A stretch of 64,000 nucleotides of DNA from a virus. Position 1 is the stretch's first letter, and every line of letters begins with the position of its first letter. The notes below the pieces were generated by a model, which was not told the DNA's origin, did not search any database, and worked only from the letters and a program-made list of their open reading frames with translations. The DNA lies in IMG/VR virus record IMGVR_UViG_3300025121_000013, one strand, 5' to 3'. Below, in pieces: positions 1 to 9,018 of the stretch. The translations under genes and the position numbers were made by a program.

Positions 1-87
1 AATTTAATAGATTTTATCGATCTGTAGTCTGAAGAAGACTGGCGGCTTTAGACGTCCAAATGAATTCAGCACTTTCTTGGTTTTTAA

Positions 88-102
88 AGAACATATTTAA
101 AA
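88..102 (+). promoter_or_regulatory. Putative late promoter motif AGAACA-N4-TAAA
   Basis: AGAACATATTTAAAA, same motif as upstream of structural blocks. Confidence 0.5.
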
Positions 103-123
103 GTCCTTCCTTTAGGAGTTTTT

Positions 124-1197
124 ATGCCGAAATCTTCCAAATCTTATACAGTTAAAATTGGTGGAAATATTTTGAATAAAGTCAATTACTTAGAGTGGAT
201 GATTGACGAACTAGAAGATCTTTCTTGCTTTGTCTTTAATTTCGGCAAAAGGTTTGGAGAAAAACATTGGGATAATTATGGACAAATGTATCATTTCGCT
301 CGGAGATTTTTTCCAGATTTAAATACGAAAGTTTTGCAGAATTTTATTCGGCTTTATAGAAAGCGAGGTAAAAGACCACAACCAAAATCTCCAATAAATC
401 CAAGTATTTATATAGATCAAGCATTTAATATAAAGAAAACTAATGAGACTAAAATTACAAATTATTGGTTGAGATTTCACAAAAAGAATTTCCCTTTATT
501 TGGCAAAAGAATTCTCAATAGAATTTCAAAATTCTCCCAGGTCAAATTGATTCAAATCTATAAGAAAAACAATAACTTATATTGCAAACTTTGTCTCGTA
601 AATCCTTTGGCTTTGCCAAAAGAAAATAAGAATTCAAAAACCATAGGTTGTGACGTTAATTTTAAAACTTTAGTTCTTTCGGATAACTCCTTCTTTTCAT
701 TGGCAAAATTAGCACATCGAAAACTTGAGCATAAGAAAAATAATTCTAAAAAGAAAAACCTCACAAATTTCTCAAAAGATTTTTGCCACAAAATAACTTC
801 TCAAATGGTCGAACATCTTTTAAGTACAGGATCAAAAGTTTTGATTCTCGAAGATCTTCGAACTTTGAGGAAAAACGCTTCGAGAAAATATGGATCATAT
901 TCTAAGTTAAGAAATTATATAATAAATACAATGCCTTACGGAATGATCCAAAACTTTCTCGAATACAAATGTTTAGACGCTGGAATTTTAGTTCACAAAA
1001 TAAATCCTGCTTACACAAGCAAAACATGCTCGGCCTGTGAATCGTTAGAAACACAAAGACCGACACAGAACAGTTTTGTTTGTCAAAAATGTGGACTGAA
1101 ATTACATGCAGATCTAAACGGGTCGAGAAACATCGAGAAGTTCTACACGAACACTCGATGGGCTACCAGTGAATCTAGCCCAGCCAAGGACCTTTAA
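124..1197 (+). CDS. tnpB: TnpB RNA-guided nuclease (Cas12f-like size)
   Basis: RuvC-I IGCDVN, RuvC-II LILEDL, Zn ribbon CSAC..CQKC, RuvC-III HADLNGSRNI; D-E-D triad intact. Confidence 0.92.
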   Translation: MPKSSKSYTVKIGGNILNKVNYLEWMIDELEDLSCFVFNFGKRFGEKHWDNYGQMYHFARRFFPDLNTKVLQNFIRLYRKRGKRPQPKSPINPSIYIDQAFNIKKTNETKITNYWLRFHKKNFPLFGKRILNRISKFSQVKLIQIYKKNNNLYCKLCLVNPLALPKENKNSKTIGCDVNFKTLVLSDNSFFSLAKLAHRKLEHKKNNSKKKNLTNFSKDFCHKITSQMVEHLLSTGSKVLILEDLRTLRKNASRKYGSYSKLRNYIINTMPYGMIQNFLEYKCLDAGILVHKINPAYTSKTCSACESLETQRPTQNSFVCQKCGLKLHADLNGSRNIEKFYTNTRWATSESSPAKDL

Positions 1198-1258
1198 AAC
1201 TTGGAGAAGCTGGGATCCTTTCGGACCGTCCAGAAGTTCACGGATAACTTTTTGAATT
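1090..1258 (+). ncRNA. Putative omega/reRNA scaffold plus guide (guide ~1242-1258, GGATAACTTTTTGAATT)
   Basis: Inferred from established TnpB architecture (scaffold overlaps the tnpB 3' end, guide is the right flank). The 5' boundary is a guess. Confidence 0.5.
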
Positions 1259-1284
1259 TAAGTTGGTAGAAGGAGAGTGATAAA

Positions 1285-1527
1285 ATGATCTGTCCAAATT
1301 GTGATAAAGAATTAGAAGAATCGTATATAGATAGTTTTAATAATATACCTATTGAAAAAATTGAATTTTTTCATTGTAAAAATTGTAACCTATGTGTTGG
1401 AAAAATACATCCTATCTTAACCGATAAAGATTTTGTTGGCTATGTATGTTGGAAAAAAGATGGAGAAATAAATTTCAACAAAATGTATGATGTGAAAAAA
1501 GATAAAGGAATTATACTTGGAGGATGA
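1285..1527 (+). CDS. Small Zn-ribbon hypothetical protein
   Basis: CPNC..CKNC, SD AGGAG. Confidence 0.7.
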   Translation: MICPNCDKELEESYIDSFNNIPIEKIEFFHCKNCNLCVGKIHPILTDKDFVGYVCWKKDGEINFNKMYDVKKDKGIILGG

Positions 1528-1753
1528 AATGGAGAAAATCAAAGAGATTAAAAATCCTGAGCTTCTTAAAATTTTAGAAGATGAAAAGATTGACCCTTGT
1601 ATATTTGTAGACATGGGAAATAGCATCTTAAAAATGATTGAAAAAGAAAAGGAAGAATATTTAAAACCTGATTATCCATTCAAAAATATTTTTAAACAAG
1701 AAAAGTCCATAGATGAAGAAATTCTCATCAAATATCCATGTAAGAAAGGATGA
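1517..1753 (+). CDS. Hypothetical protein
   Basis: Coupled operon ORF. Confidence 0.55.
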   Translation: MEDEMEKIKEIKNPELLKILEDEKIDPCIFVDMGNSILKMIEKEKEEYLKPDYPFKNIFKQEKSIDEEILIKYPCKKG

Positions 1754-2091
1754 AAATGATCATAGTTCAGTGGGGAGTAAATAATTTTCTTGATGACTTT
1801 TCGAGCGACTATTCAGATTTTTTGCCAGAAGAGGTTAGAAAAAATTTTTCTATTATTCTGTTGTCAGGACATGAAGGATGTGGGGACCCGGAATGCGATT
1901 TTGAAATGTATTGTCATGGGCTGCTTTCAGGAGGCATAAAAATTTGGGGGACTCAAGAAATAACATATACATTATGTCCTGGGGATTATGTCATACAAGT
2001 TTCTGAAGAAGAATTTGTGAGAGTCAAACGAAAGTTTTTTGAGGATTCTAAATTTTTCAACTTAGTAAAAGATAAAATAATTTCGTGCTAG
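1750..2091 (+). CDS. Hypothetical protein, HG..CPGDY motif (paralog of next ORF)
   Basis: MxxHG...CPGDY(V/I) shared with 2123-2437. Confidence 0.65.
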   Translation: MKMIIVQWGVNNFLDDFSSDYSDFLPEEVRKNFSIILLSGHEGCGDPECDFEMYCHGLLSGGIKIWGTQEITYTLCPGDYVIQVSEEEFVRVKRKFFEDSKFFNLVKDKIISC

Positions 2092-2122
2092 TTAAATAAC
2101 CCAGAAGTTTTAGAAAGGAATC

Positions 2123-2437
2123 ATGAAAATGAATTACGTTCAATGGTTTAAGAATGGTGATCATCCTGAAGATGGCCCTTCAGCTTTAGAAGGAAAGGTT
2201 GTTAGATATTTTAGAGATCCTGATATTTCTGGAGATACGATTTGTGATGATTGTAATCAGGAAATGAATTCCCATGGGTGGATTGATCAAAGTGAATATG
2301 GTTATGTAGTTTGCCCAGGAGATTATATTTTCGAAACGTCTCCTGGTGTTTATAAACCTTTAAACGAAGATCTAGTTGAGATTATAAACGGCATGGTTGA
2401 AAATGCAATCAAAGAACATAATAAGGCAATATCATGA
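2123..2437 (+). CDS. Hypothetical protein, HG..CPGDY motif
   Basis: CDDC..MNSHGWI..VCPGDYI. Confidence 0.7.
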   Translation: MKMNYVQWFKNGDHPEDGPSALEGKVVRYFRDPDISGDTICDDCNQEMNSHGWIDQSEYGYVVCPGDYIFETSPGVYKPLNEDLVEIINGMVENAIKEHNKAIS

Positions 2438-2682
2438 AAAAATATATCATTGAAAATTTGGAAGTTAAAGAAATTAATATTTATAGAGAAACGGAACAAT
2501 ATGTTTATATGCCTGGCGGAAAGAGAAAAGAAAAATCTAAAAAGTATTTTTCATCTAAAGAAGAAGCCATGTTGTTTTTAATGAAAGAAGAAGTTAAAAA
2601 ATTTGAAAACGATATCTTTTCTTTTCAAAGTAGATGGAGCAGACTTCTCGAATACAACGAAGGGATATTAAAAAATGTTTGA
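2434..2682 (+). CDS. Hypothetical protein
   Basis: ATGA overlap, operon context. Confidence 0.6.
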   Translation: MKKYIIENLEVKEINIYRETEQYVYMPGGKRKEKSKKYFSSKEEAMLFLMKEEVKKFENDIFSFQSRWSRLLEYNEGILKNV

Positions 2683-2923
2683 TCCTTGCACGGCTTGTCC
2701 ACATGGAAATAAACTAGAATTGAAAGAAAGTCCAACGAGTCCTTGGAAATATGATGTAGAGAATATGCCAATAAAAAAGACGCTTTTATTAAATTCTAAG
2801 GTTTATGGTTTTATCACAGGAACTGCCTATAAAGAAAATGAAAAAATTTGGATTGAAGATTGTTTCGGAGAGGGCTTTGGAATTAAGATTGAAGATATTT
2901 TGGCATATGCCGAAATAACATGA
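2675..2923 (+). CDS. Hypothetical protein
   Basis: Operon context. Confidence 0.6.
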   Translation: MFDPCTACPHGNKLELKESPTSPWKYDVENMPIKKTLLLNSKVYGFITGTAYKENEKIWIEDCFGEGFGIKIEDILAYAEIT

Positions 2924-2942
2924 TAAAAAGGAGATTACAAAA

Positions 2943-3185
2943 ATGGCATTGACTTCATTGGAACAAGGATTTTTGATTGGGATTGGATTTGCAATTAGCA
3001 AGATGTCTGAAAATGAATTGAAGCCTTTGATCGATACCCTTGGACAATTAAAGACTCAGCTTGGTGGAATGTTAACATCTCCGGAATTCAATGAAGCTTT
3101 TAAAACCATTCAAAATGGATTTAATATGGCAAAGCCTCCAGAACCTGTTAATACCCCTCCGACGGATATTCCTCAAGAAAGTTAA
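2943..3185 (+). CDS. Hypothetical protein
   Basis: SD AGGAG, N-terminal hydrophobic stretch. Confidence 0.65.
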   Translation: MALTSLEQGFLIGIGFAISKMSENELKPLIDTLGQLKTQLGGMLTSPEFNEAFKTIQNGFNMAKPPEPVNTPPTDIPQES

Positions 3186-3191
3186 ATATAA

Positions 3192-3782
3192 ATGTATATC
3201 ACCCCTTGTACAAAATGTGTTTTCACTTTGACATGCGCTAAAAAGAAAGAACTTTTGAAATCAATAAGAGATAATGGTTTTGGATCTTATGTTACAAAAT
3301 TAAATATAAAGTGTGATATTCATTGGAGAGAAATTCAACCTGGGCAAAGAATTATTTATGCCTTTTCTGACTTTAATGGTCCAGAGCATGATATTATTCT
3401 TTCATATCAAACAATTTCTGGAACAGTTATGAAAAGAATGAAGAAAATTAATAAGTTATTAGTTTGGTTAGATGATAATGATTTTACTAGAAGAAAAATT
3501 GTAAAACTTCTTCCTTCTCTTGTCGAAATTTTAAATGAGCCAAAAGAAGCATTATGTTCGATGTGCAATAGGCCAATATCTAAATCAAATTTTGAAGGAT
3601 TCAATTGTGGATTATGCAACCCAGCTAAAGAATACATAGAAAATTGTGAGTTAGATTATGAAATATCTAAGTTATCTAAATTACCGGATTATTTTTATGA
3701 CGAGATGGCAAAAAATATGGCTAAACAGATAGATGAAGAAATTATGAAACTCTTTGAAAAAAGTAAAAACAGAAAAGAATAA
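3192..3782 (+). CDS. Cys-rich hypothetical protein
   Basis: PCTKCVFTLTC head, CSMC..CGLC. Confidence 0.7.
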   Translation: MYITPCTKCVFTLTCAKKKELLKSIRDNGFGSYVTKLNIKCDIHWREIQPGQRIIYAFSDFNGPEHDIILSYQTISGTVMKRMKKINKLLVWLDDNDFTRRKIVKLLPSLVEILNEPKEALCSMCNRPISKSNFEGFNCGLCNPAKEYIENCELDYEISKLSKLPDYFYDEMAKNMAKQIDEEIMKLFEKSKNRKE

Positions 3783-3824
3783 ATATCTAATATTCAATAT
3801 GCCTTCAGAAAAGGGATTTAAAAA

Positions 3825-4067
3825 ATGAAAGTTTCAATTCATAAGCTGGAGAATCCTTCAAAGAAATCTGGAGATCGATATGTCTTTTCTGCAAAGTATT
3901 GTTGTATGAACATGTTTAATGCTCTTCAGAAAAATGACGGAGTTATAATGCTTCCTCTGTTGTATTCTGACTTCGATGTTGAAACATCATTGAACATGAC
4001 TTTAAGCGGCACTCCAATCTCTTTTTGTCCATTCTGTGGATCAGAGATTAGCTTTGTTAGAAAGTGA
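3825..4067 (+). CDS. Small phage protein, YCC..FCPFCG motif
   Basis: Recurrent phage Zn-finger pattern. Confidence 0.7.
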   Translation: MKVSIHKLENPSKKSGDRYVFSAKYCCMNMFNALQKNDGVIMLPLLYSDFDVETSLNMTLSGTPISFCPFCGSEISFVRK

Positions 4068-4087
4068 AACATAATGTTCCGGCATAT

Positions 4088-4102
4088 AGAACAAAAATAA
4101 AA
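4088..4102 (+). promoter_or_regulatory. Putative late promoter motif
   Basis: AGAACAAAAATAAAA upstream of 4129. Confidence 0.55.
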
Positions 4103-4128
4103 CTTTAGTTTTCTTTGGAGAATAAGAA

Positions 4129-4647
4129 ATGATTTTAGCTAGAAATAATCAAGTTGCTTATGAAGATTTTACAGTCACCGATTCTGAAGGAAATTTAATT
4201 ACGGGTTTAGACCAAAGTGATTTTACTTATAAATTATATAATGGCTCAGGAACAGATGTTTCTCTAACAATCTCCGTGACAATTTCAGCTTTAAACAACG
4301 GAAATTATAGAGCTTCATTTACTCCCAATGCAATTGGAACATGGTATTTGACAATTTATAATTCGACATATTTTCCATGGGGAAAATCAGATTCTATAAT
4401 TGTTCAAGAAAATAATTTTGATACTTTGGATACGTTAATAAAGAGAATTCTTGGTCTGACTCAAGAAAATTATTATATTGATAATATGTCTTATAATACA
4501 AATGGAAATCTTTTATCTGGAAGAATTAGGATTTATTCAAATCCTTCCAGTGTCGGAACAACCAGTGATGTAATTTCAAGTTATTTAATGTCAGCTTCAT
4601 ATGATGCAAGTCAACAATTATCAAATTATTCTGTAATTAAATTGTAA
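4129..4647 (+). CDS. Probable virion structural protein (beta-rich, Ig-like)
   Basis: S/T/N-rich, GNYRASFTP..GTWYLTI. Confidence 0.6.
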   Translation: MILARNNQVAYEDFTVTDSEGNLITGLDQSDFTYKLYNGSGTDVSLTISVTISALNNGNYRASFTPNAIGTWYLTIYNSTYFPWGKSDSIIVQENNFDTLDTLIKRILGLTQENYYIDNMSYNTNGNLLSGRIRIYSNPSSVGTTSDVISSYLMSASYDASQQLSNYSVIKL

Positions 4648-4652
4648 ATAAA

Positions 4653-4931
4653 ATGAAAACTGGAGAATGGTCTGTGTACTTAGTTGAGTGCTCAGACCAT
4701 TCTCTATATTGTGGTATCACAAAAAATATAGAGAAAAGAATAAAAGCCCATAATAAAGGAAAGGGAGCAAAATACACAAGGATGAGAAGACCTGTAAAAT
4801 TAATTGAAGTCTGCTCAGATCTTGATTTATCTTTGGCTTTAAGAACTGAATATTATATCAAATCTTTAGAAAGAAAAAAGAAAGAACCTTTTTTAAGAAA
4901 TTTTAAAAAGAGAAAGGTAATTGTTAAATGA
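4653..4931 (+). CDS. GIY-YIG nuclease (UPF0213/YhbQ-like)
   Basis: VYLVECSDHSLYCGIT..R..HN.GKGAKYTR.RRPV. Confidence 0.92.
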   Translation: MKTGEWSVYLVECSDHSLYCGITKNIEKRIKAHNKGKGAKYTRMRRPVKLIEVCSDLDLSLALRTEYYIKSLERKKKEPFLRNFKKRKVIVK

Positions 4932-4952
4932 ATATTTGGGAGAAAATAAAAT

Positions 4953-5171
4953 ATGTTATCTATTAAATATATAGTCGAAAATATAGATATTGTAGAAAAG
5001 GCAATGATAAATCGAGGTAATTTGAAAGCTGTTAGTTTATTGCCTAAATTGTTAGAATTATATAATAAGAAAAAGAAACTTCAAATAGATCTTGAAACTC
5101 TTAGGTTCGAAAAAAATAAAAAAACAAAAGAAATGGCTTTATCAAAAAGGAAATTAAAAGAGGAAAAATAA
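4953..5171 (+). CDS. Stand-alone seryl-tRNA synthetase N-terminal-like coiled coil
   Basis: MLSIKYIVENIDIVEKAMINRG..LLELY..LRFEKN matches the SerRS N-terminal pattern; no catalytic domain follows. Confidence 0.7.
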   Translation: MLSIKYIVENIDIVEKAMINRGNLKAVSLLPKLLELYNKKKKLQIDLETLRFEKNKKTKEMALSKRKLKEEK

Positions 5172-5368
5172 TGGCAATTGCCCTAATCACTAAAGGAATG
5201 TTAAAACCAAGGGGAATTCTTTCAGTCGAGTTTGGCCCTCCAATTACAGTGGTCAAAGAGTCGACACAAAAACCTGAGGTCACTGTTTTTAACGTTACAT
5301 TAAAAGAATCAAAAAATCAAACATTGATTGAAGAGAAAATTAAAATTGTTGTGAAACCAATCGAATAA
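5171..5368 (+). CDS. Hypothetical protein
   Basis: TAATG coupling. Confidence 0.6.
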   Translation: MAIALITKGMLKPRGILSVEFGPPITVVKESTQKPEVTVFNVTLKESKNQTLIEEKIKIVVKPIE

Positions 5369-5427
5369 ATTTTTAGAATAAAAATATTTTATTTTTTTTG
5401 TTTTAAACTTTTTGGAGGTTATAAAAC

Positions 5428-6315
5428 ATGATAGTTTTAGATTCAAATAAAGAAGATAAAATTACCTTTGATGCTTTAATAGAGGGAGTTAGTCATAAGA
5501 ATTTACAAGGCACTTTTAATATTATAATTGAAGGGATACATTTGGGGTTTCCTATTCAAGTTTATGAAGGGAGAATAATCGCTAAAATTCCTCAATTGAA
5601 TAAAGTTATAAAAACAGTTTTAAAAGAAAATAATTATGTCGAAGCGCATTTAGATATTATATCAGATGGATTTCATGTTAGGCCATGGAAGGATACAATA
5701 AATATTAAATCGACTAAATCTCCTTTAAAAGAAATAAAAAAAATAAAGCCAGTGGTTAAAGTGAAGCCTATAAAAGAAGTCGAATATCCAGAAATGAAAT
5801 CTAAGAAAGGAAAAGATATAATCGTTGACGAAGATCCTCCAGAGGAAAATAAAAAGAAAATTGTGGATATCATTGAAAAGAAAATTTCTTCAAATCCTAT
5901 GAATAATGTTTTAGAAAGATTATATAGAGATATAACTGTAAAAGAACGTGATGACAAAGATTTAAAAGATTTAGATAAAAAAATATATATGAAAAATACA
6001 GAGTCTTCACCTGTGATATTAAAAGAAACTAAAAAAGAAGAAATGAAAACTGATATAAAACCAATTAAAATTTTATCGGAAAATAAATCTTTTCAAAAAC
6101 CTTCAGAAATTAATATTAATGTTATTAAAGAAATGATGTCGTTTTATGGAATGAAAAGTGAATCAACACAAAATAGAATGATAGAATCGACCAAAGAAAC
6201 TTGTGATGATCCAGACACCATGTATAATCATATTGAGAAAATGATAAAAGGAAATCAATCAAATCTTACTCCGGCCACTCCAGAAGAATTTTTAAAAATG
6301 TTTTCTCCAACTTAA
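5428..6315 (+). CDS. Hypothetical protein
   Basis: 295 aa, SD GGAGG. Confidence 0.75.
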   Translation: MIVLDSNKEDKITFDALIEGVSHKNLQGTFNIIIEGIHLGFPIQVYEGRIIAKIPQLNKVIKTVLKENNYVEAHLDIISDGFHVRPWKDTINIKSTKSPLKEIKKIKPVVKVKPIKEVEYPEMKSKKGKDIIVDEDPPEENKKKIVDIIEKKISSNPMNNVLERLYRDITVKERDDKDLKDLDKKIYMKNTESSPVILKETKKEEMKTDIKPIKILSENKSFQKPSEININVIKEMMSFYGMKSESTQNRMIESTKETCDDPDTMYNHIEKMIKGNQSNLTPATPEEFLKMFSPT

Positions 6316-6333
6316 AAATGAAGGGTTTTAAGA

Positions 6334-6843
6334 ATGTCAAGAATTGAATGGGATGAATTCTTTTTAAAAACTGCATATTTGGTTGCCGAAAGATCAACAT
6401 GTTTAAGAAGAATGGTTGGAGCAGTTTTAGTTAAAGATAAACGAATTATCGCTACGGGATATAACGGGGCTCCTTCGGGGCATAAACATTGTTTAGATGT
6501 TGGATGTATGAGAAAAGAATTGAAGATTCCTCGTGGAGAAAGATATGAAATTTGTAGAGCAATACACGCTGAGCAAAATTGTATTGTTCAATGCGCAAAA
6601 CATGGAATTCCAACTCAAGGCTCAATTTTGTATTGTACTTTAAAACCTTGTATGATGTGTGCAAGAGAAATTTGTAATACAGGAATTAAAGAAATTATAG
6701 TTTGTGGAAATTATTCAGATGACACTTCAGATAAATATTTAGAAGAATCTGGAGTCTCTTTAAGATTTATAAATCCTTTTAATTTAGATAAAGCCTTGAG
6801 TTGGGAAACAAAAATTATAGAAAAAAATGATATAGAATATTAA
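6334..6843 (+). CDS. dCMP deaminase (ComEB-like)
   Basis: RSTCLRR.VGA, TGYNG, HAEQN, PCMMC. Confidence 0.95.
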   Translation: MSRIEWDEFFLKTAYLVAERSTCLRRMVGAVLVKDKRIIATGYNGAPSGHKHCLDVGCMRKELKIPRGERYEICRAIHAEQNCIVQCAKHGIPTQGSILYCTLKPCMMCAREICNTGIKEIIVCGNYSDDTSDKYLEESGVSLRFINPFNLDKALSWETKIIEKNDIEY

Positions 6844-6929
6844 GCTCGTCCACCACGTGTGGAAGGAGTAAAGATATTCCCACTTTAGGGATATCGGCAT
6901 TTTTAGTTAGAAAATTTACAAAAAAATAA

Positions 6930-7066
6930 ATTTTGTTGCCTGGTGCTCTTAGCCTAAGATTTAAGCTAAGAGCACCAGACTCCGACAACCGCTTTCTCAT
7001 ATTCCCCCAGTTTCCAGAAGAAGGAAATGGAAAATGAGATAGCGGCTCCGCGATATCGTGTGGTGG
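6930..7066 (-). ncRNA. Structured RNA candidate / terminator region
   Basis: 14-bp perfect stem 6940-6978 plus long imperfect stem ~6988-7046; G-U pairs favour the minus strand. Confidence 0.45.
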
Positions 7067-7072
7067 AATCCC

Positions 7073-7291
7073 CTAGTGAATAACCCCCTTTCCTTTACAC
7101 TTAGGACAAATCCGTTTGGGTGAAATGTATTTTCGGGTTCCGAATTCTCCTTCCAATGCATCTTTTCCCAGAACCCTTTTCTTGTTAGAATGGGTTCTGT
7201 AAATCCGTTGGGTAGTTTTGGAAGTGGTTATTGAATCCCCGACCCTATAGATAATCAGGATCGTTATTAAGCCGATAATGACCCAGAACAT
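7073..7291 (-). CDS. Small membrane protein with C-terminal CxxC
   Basis: TM helix, YRVGD, CPKC, SD AGGAG. Confidence 0.7.
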   Translation of the reverse strand: MFWVIIGLITILIIYRVGDSITTSKTTQRIYRTHSNKKRVLGKDALEGEFGTRKYISPKRICPKCKGKGVIH

Positions 7292-7327
7292 GGTCAGCTC
7301 CTTTCAAAAATATGTCAAATAACACTC

Positions 7328-7347
7328 CTCATATATTAATATATATA
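7328..7347 (-). promoter_or_regulatory. Putative early promoter (variant)
   Basis: TATATATTAATATATGAG on minus strand. Confidence 0.6.
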
Positions 7348-7352
7348 AAAGA

Positions 7353-7401
7353 ATACAAAAAAATGATCCGGGGAAAATACTTCTTCCCCCCGGATCATTT
7401 T
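7353..7401 (-). terminator. Hairpin plus U-tract/GTA terminator
   Basis: AAAATGATCCGGGG/CCCCGGATCATTTT. Confidence 0.75.
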
Positions 7402-7421
7402 CAATCAATAATTATTTTGTG

Positions 7422-7598
7422 CTATTCTTGAAATATCTTCTGTCCACACGTAGAACAAAGTACAACTGGAACTTTTATAAAAAGAATTTTCATTCGTCTT
7501 TTTCTATATACAAATTTCTTGTTTAAAATGTATATATAAAAATCTCCAACGATATAGAGAATTGATAAAGCAATGACGATTGAAAGGGCAAGAATCAT
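7422..7598 (-). CDS. 58-aa membrane protein, paralog of 7073-7291 (not in ORF track)
   Basis: Manual translation MILALSIVIALSILYIVGD...CSTCGQKIFQE. Confidence 0.6.
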   Translation of the reverse strand: MILALSIVIALSILYIVGDFYIYILNKKFVYRKRRMKILFIKVPVVLCSTCGQKIFQE

Positions 7599-7646
7599 TT
7601 AGATTCCTTTCATGGAGATTGGCTTAAAGACGTTTTTATAAAGTTT

Positions 7647-7886
7647 TTATCTAATTATAAGATCAGATTCAACTGGAGTGACAATTAAGGCATTATCAAA
7701 ATATAAAAGTTTGCAATCACTCAATCTTAATGTATTTATATATAGAAATGTTTGTTGACCATATTGAAAAGTAAAAGTCTCAACTTTTAGATAATATTCA
7801 TCTTGATCATTAACATAAAATACAGTATTTTTTGGTAGATTTCCAAATTTAATTTTTTTGTCTTCATCAATAATTTTAATATTCAT
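7647..7886 (-). CDS. Small beta-domain family A member
   Basis: MxIxI..F..L....F...YxK...N...L....L..F.....V pattern. Confidence 0.75.
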   Translation of the reverse strand: MNIKIIDEDKKIKFGNLPKNTVFYVNDQDEYYLKVETFTFQYGQQTFLYINTLRLSDCKLLYFDNALIVTPVESDLIIR

Positions 7887-8101
7887 ATGACAAGACCCTT
7901 TATATTCAATTCTGCATCAACTTTTAAAACTTGATTGTATTCTGGAAATATAGAAAGAACTGTCGTTTCTAGATTTATTGCATTCCAATTATTTATTTTT
8001 TTAATTTTCATATAATATTGAGTGTCATATAAAAATACATCTCTTTCTTTGATACTATGAAAATTTACCCATGCCGATTCGAATTCTGCTATAATTTTCA
8101 T
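7883..8101 (-). CDS. Family A member
   Basis: Same pattern; start taken at MKII. Confidence 0.75.
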   Translation of the reverse strand: MKIIAEFESAWVNFHSIKERDVFLYDTQYYMKIKKINNWNAINLETTVLSIFPEYNQVLKVDAELNIKGLVI

Positions 8102-8601
8102 TTTAGATTTTCTCCACAATCAATTCAGCGTCAACTTTTTGTACAAAATCATTATCATGTAAAAAACGTCCACTTCGAAAAACAAGTTCAAAAACATTTA
8201 GTCTGTGGTTTCCAATACTACATGGTTCAATTTTCATGAAATAACAATTATTAAGATAAATTACCTCTCCATATTTAATTTCGGAAAATTTTATAATATT
8301 ATTTCTTTTGTTTTCTGGATTAAATTCTAAAAGTGTTTTTAAAAATAATTTAGCATATATTTTTTGTATTATTTCATGATCATTGAATGTCGATAATGAA
8401 CCATCTCTTAAACATATTGAATTTTTTACCCCCTGGCTATTATATAATTTTGTTGTTTTCATAAAAGGATTCTCTAAGGAACCAATGCAAAAGGGATCTC
8501 CAGAATGAAGTTCAAGAAATTTTGTAGAGGAAGAAAGTTGTCCTTCCACGGTAATTTTCATTTTAGATTTTCTCCACAATCAATTCAGCGTCAACTTTTT
8601 G
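8092..8601. repeat. 50-bp perfect direct repeat (8092-8141 and 8552-8601)
   Basis: TAATTTTCATTTTAGATTTTCTCCACAATCAATTCAGCGTCAACTTTTTG occurs twice. Confidence 0.95.
8103..8561 (-). CDS. Family A member, two fused domains
   Basis: Pattern occurs twice. Confidence 0.75.
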   Translation of the reverse strand: MKITVEGQLSSSTKFLELHSGDPFCIGSLENPFMKTTKLYNSQGVKNSICLRDGSLSTFNDHEIIQKIYAKLFLKTLLEFNPENKRNNIIKFSEIKYGEVIYLNNCYFMKIEPCSIGNHRLNVFELVFRSGRFLHDNDFVQKVDAELIVEKI

Positions 8602-9018
8602 AACTAAATCGGATTTATTTATTGATATTATATTTTTATGAATAAGATCTAGAGCATTCAACACATTACTTTCAGTACAAAATCCTTCAATTTTAATAAA
8701 CCAATTATTTTTTAGAAGAAAAATTTCACCTGGGTTAACATCATAAAAATTTGTGAAGATTCTTTCTATAGTTTCTAAATCAAATGTTATTTTTATATTT
8801 AATTTCGCTTTTAGAAGTTCAGTCATTACATTAATATTTTCAAAATTATATAGTAAACCATTTGTTAAATTTATTGAATTTACTTTTTTATGCGATCCAT
8901 TCAATGGAGATATTTTTATAAAGATTTGGTTTGTAATTGGGTTACGGATTGGATGAAAAATTTCATCTAATTTAACTTCAGAAAATGGAATAGTTCTTTC
9001 GTCTACGATAATTTTCAT
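8563..9018 (-). CDS. Family A member, two fused domains
   Basis: Pattern occurs twice; ends VQKVDAELIVEKI like its neighbour. Confidence 0.75.
   Translation of the reverse strand: MKIIVDERTIPFSEVKLDEIFHPIRNPITNQIFIKISPLNGSHKKVNSINLTNGLLYNFENINVMTELLKAKLNIKITFDLETIERIFTNFYDVNPGEIFLLKNNWFIKIEGFCTESNVLNALDLIHKNIISINKSDLVQKVDAELIVEKI

Larger units (their letters stand above)
22..1241 (+). mobile_element. IS200/IS605-family (IS1341-like, TnpB-only) element
   Basis: Related subterminal imperfect hairpins (AAGACTGGCGGCTTTAGACGTCCA ~35-58; AAGCTGGGATCCTTTCGGACCGTCCA ~1207-1232). Right end GTTCAC at 1236-1241. No tnpA. Left boundary is approximate. Confidence 0.75.
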
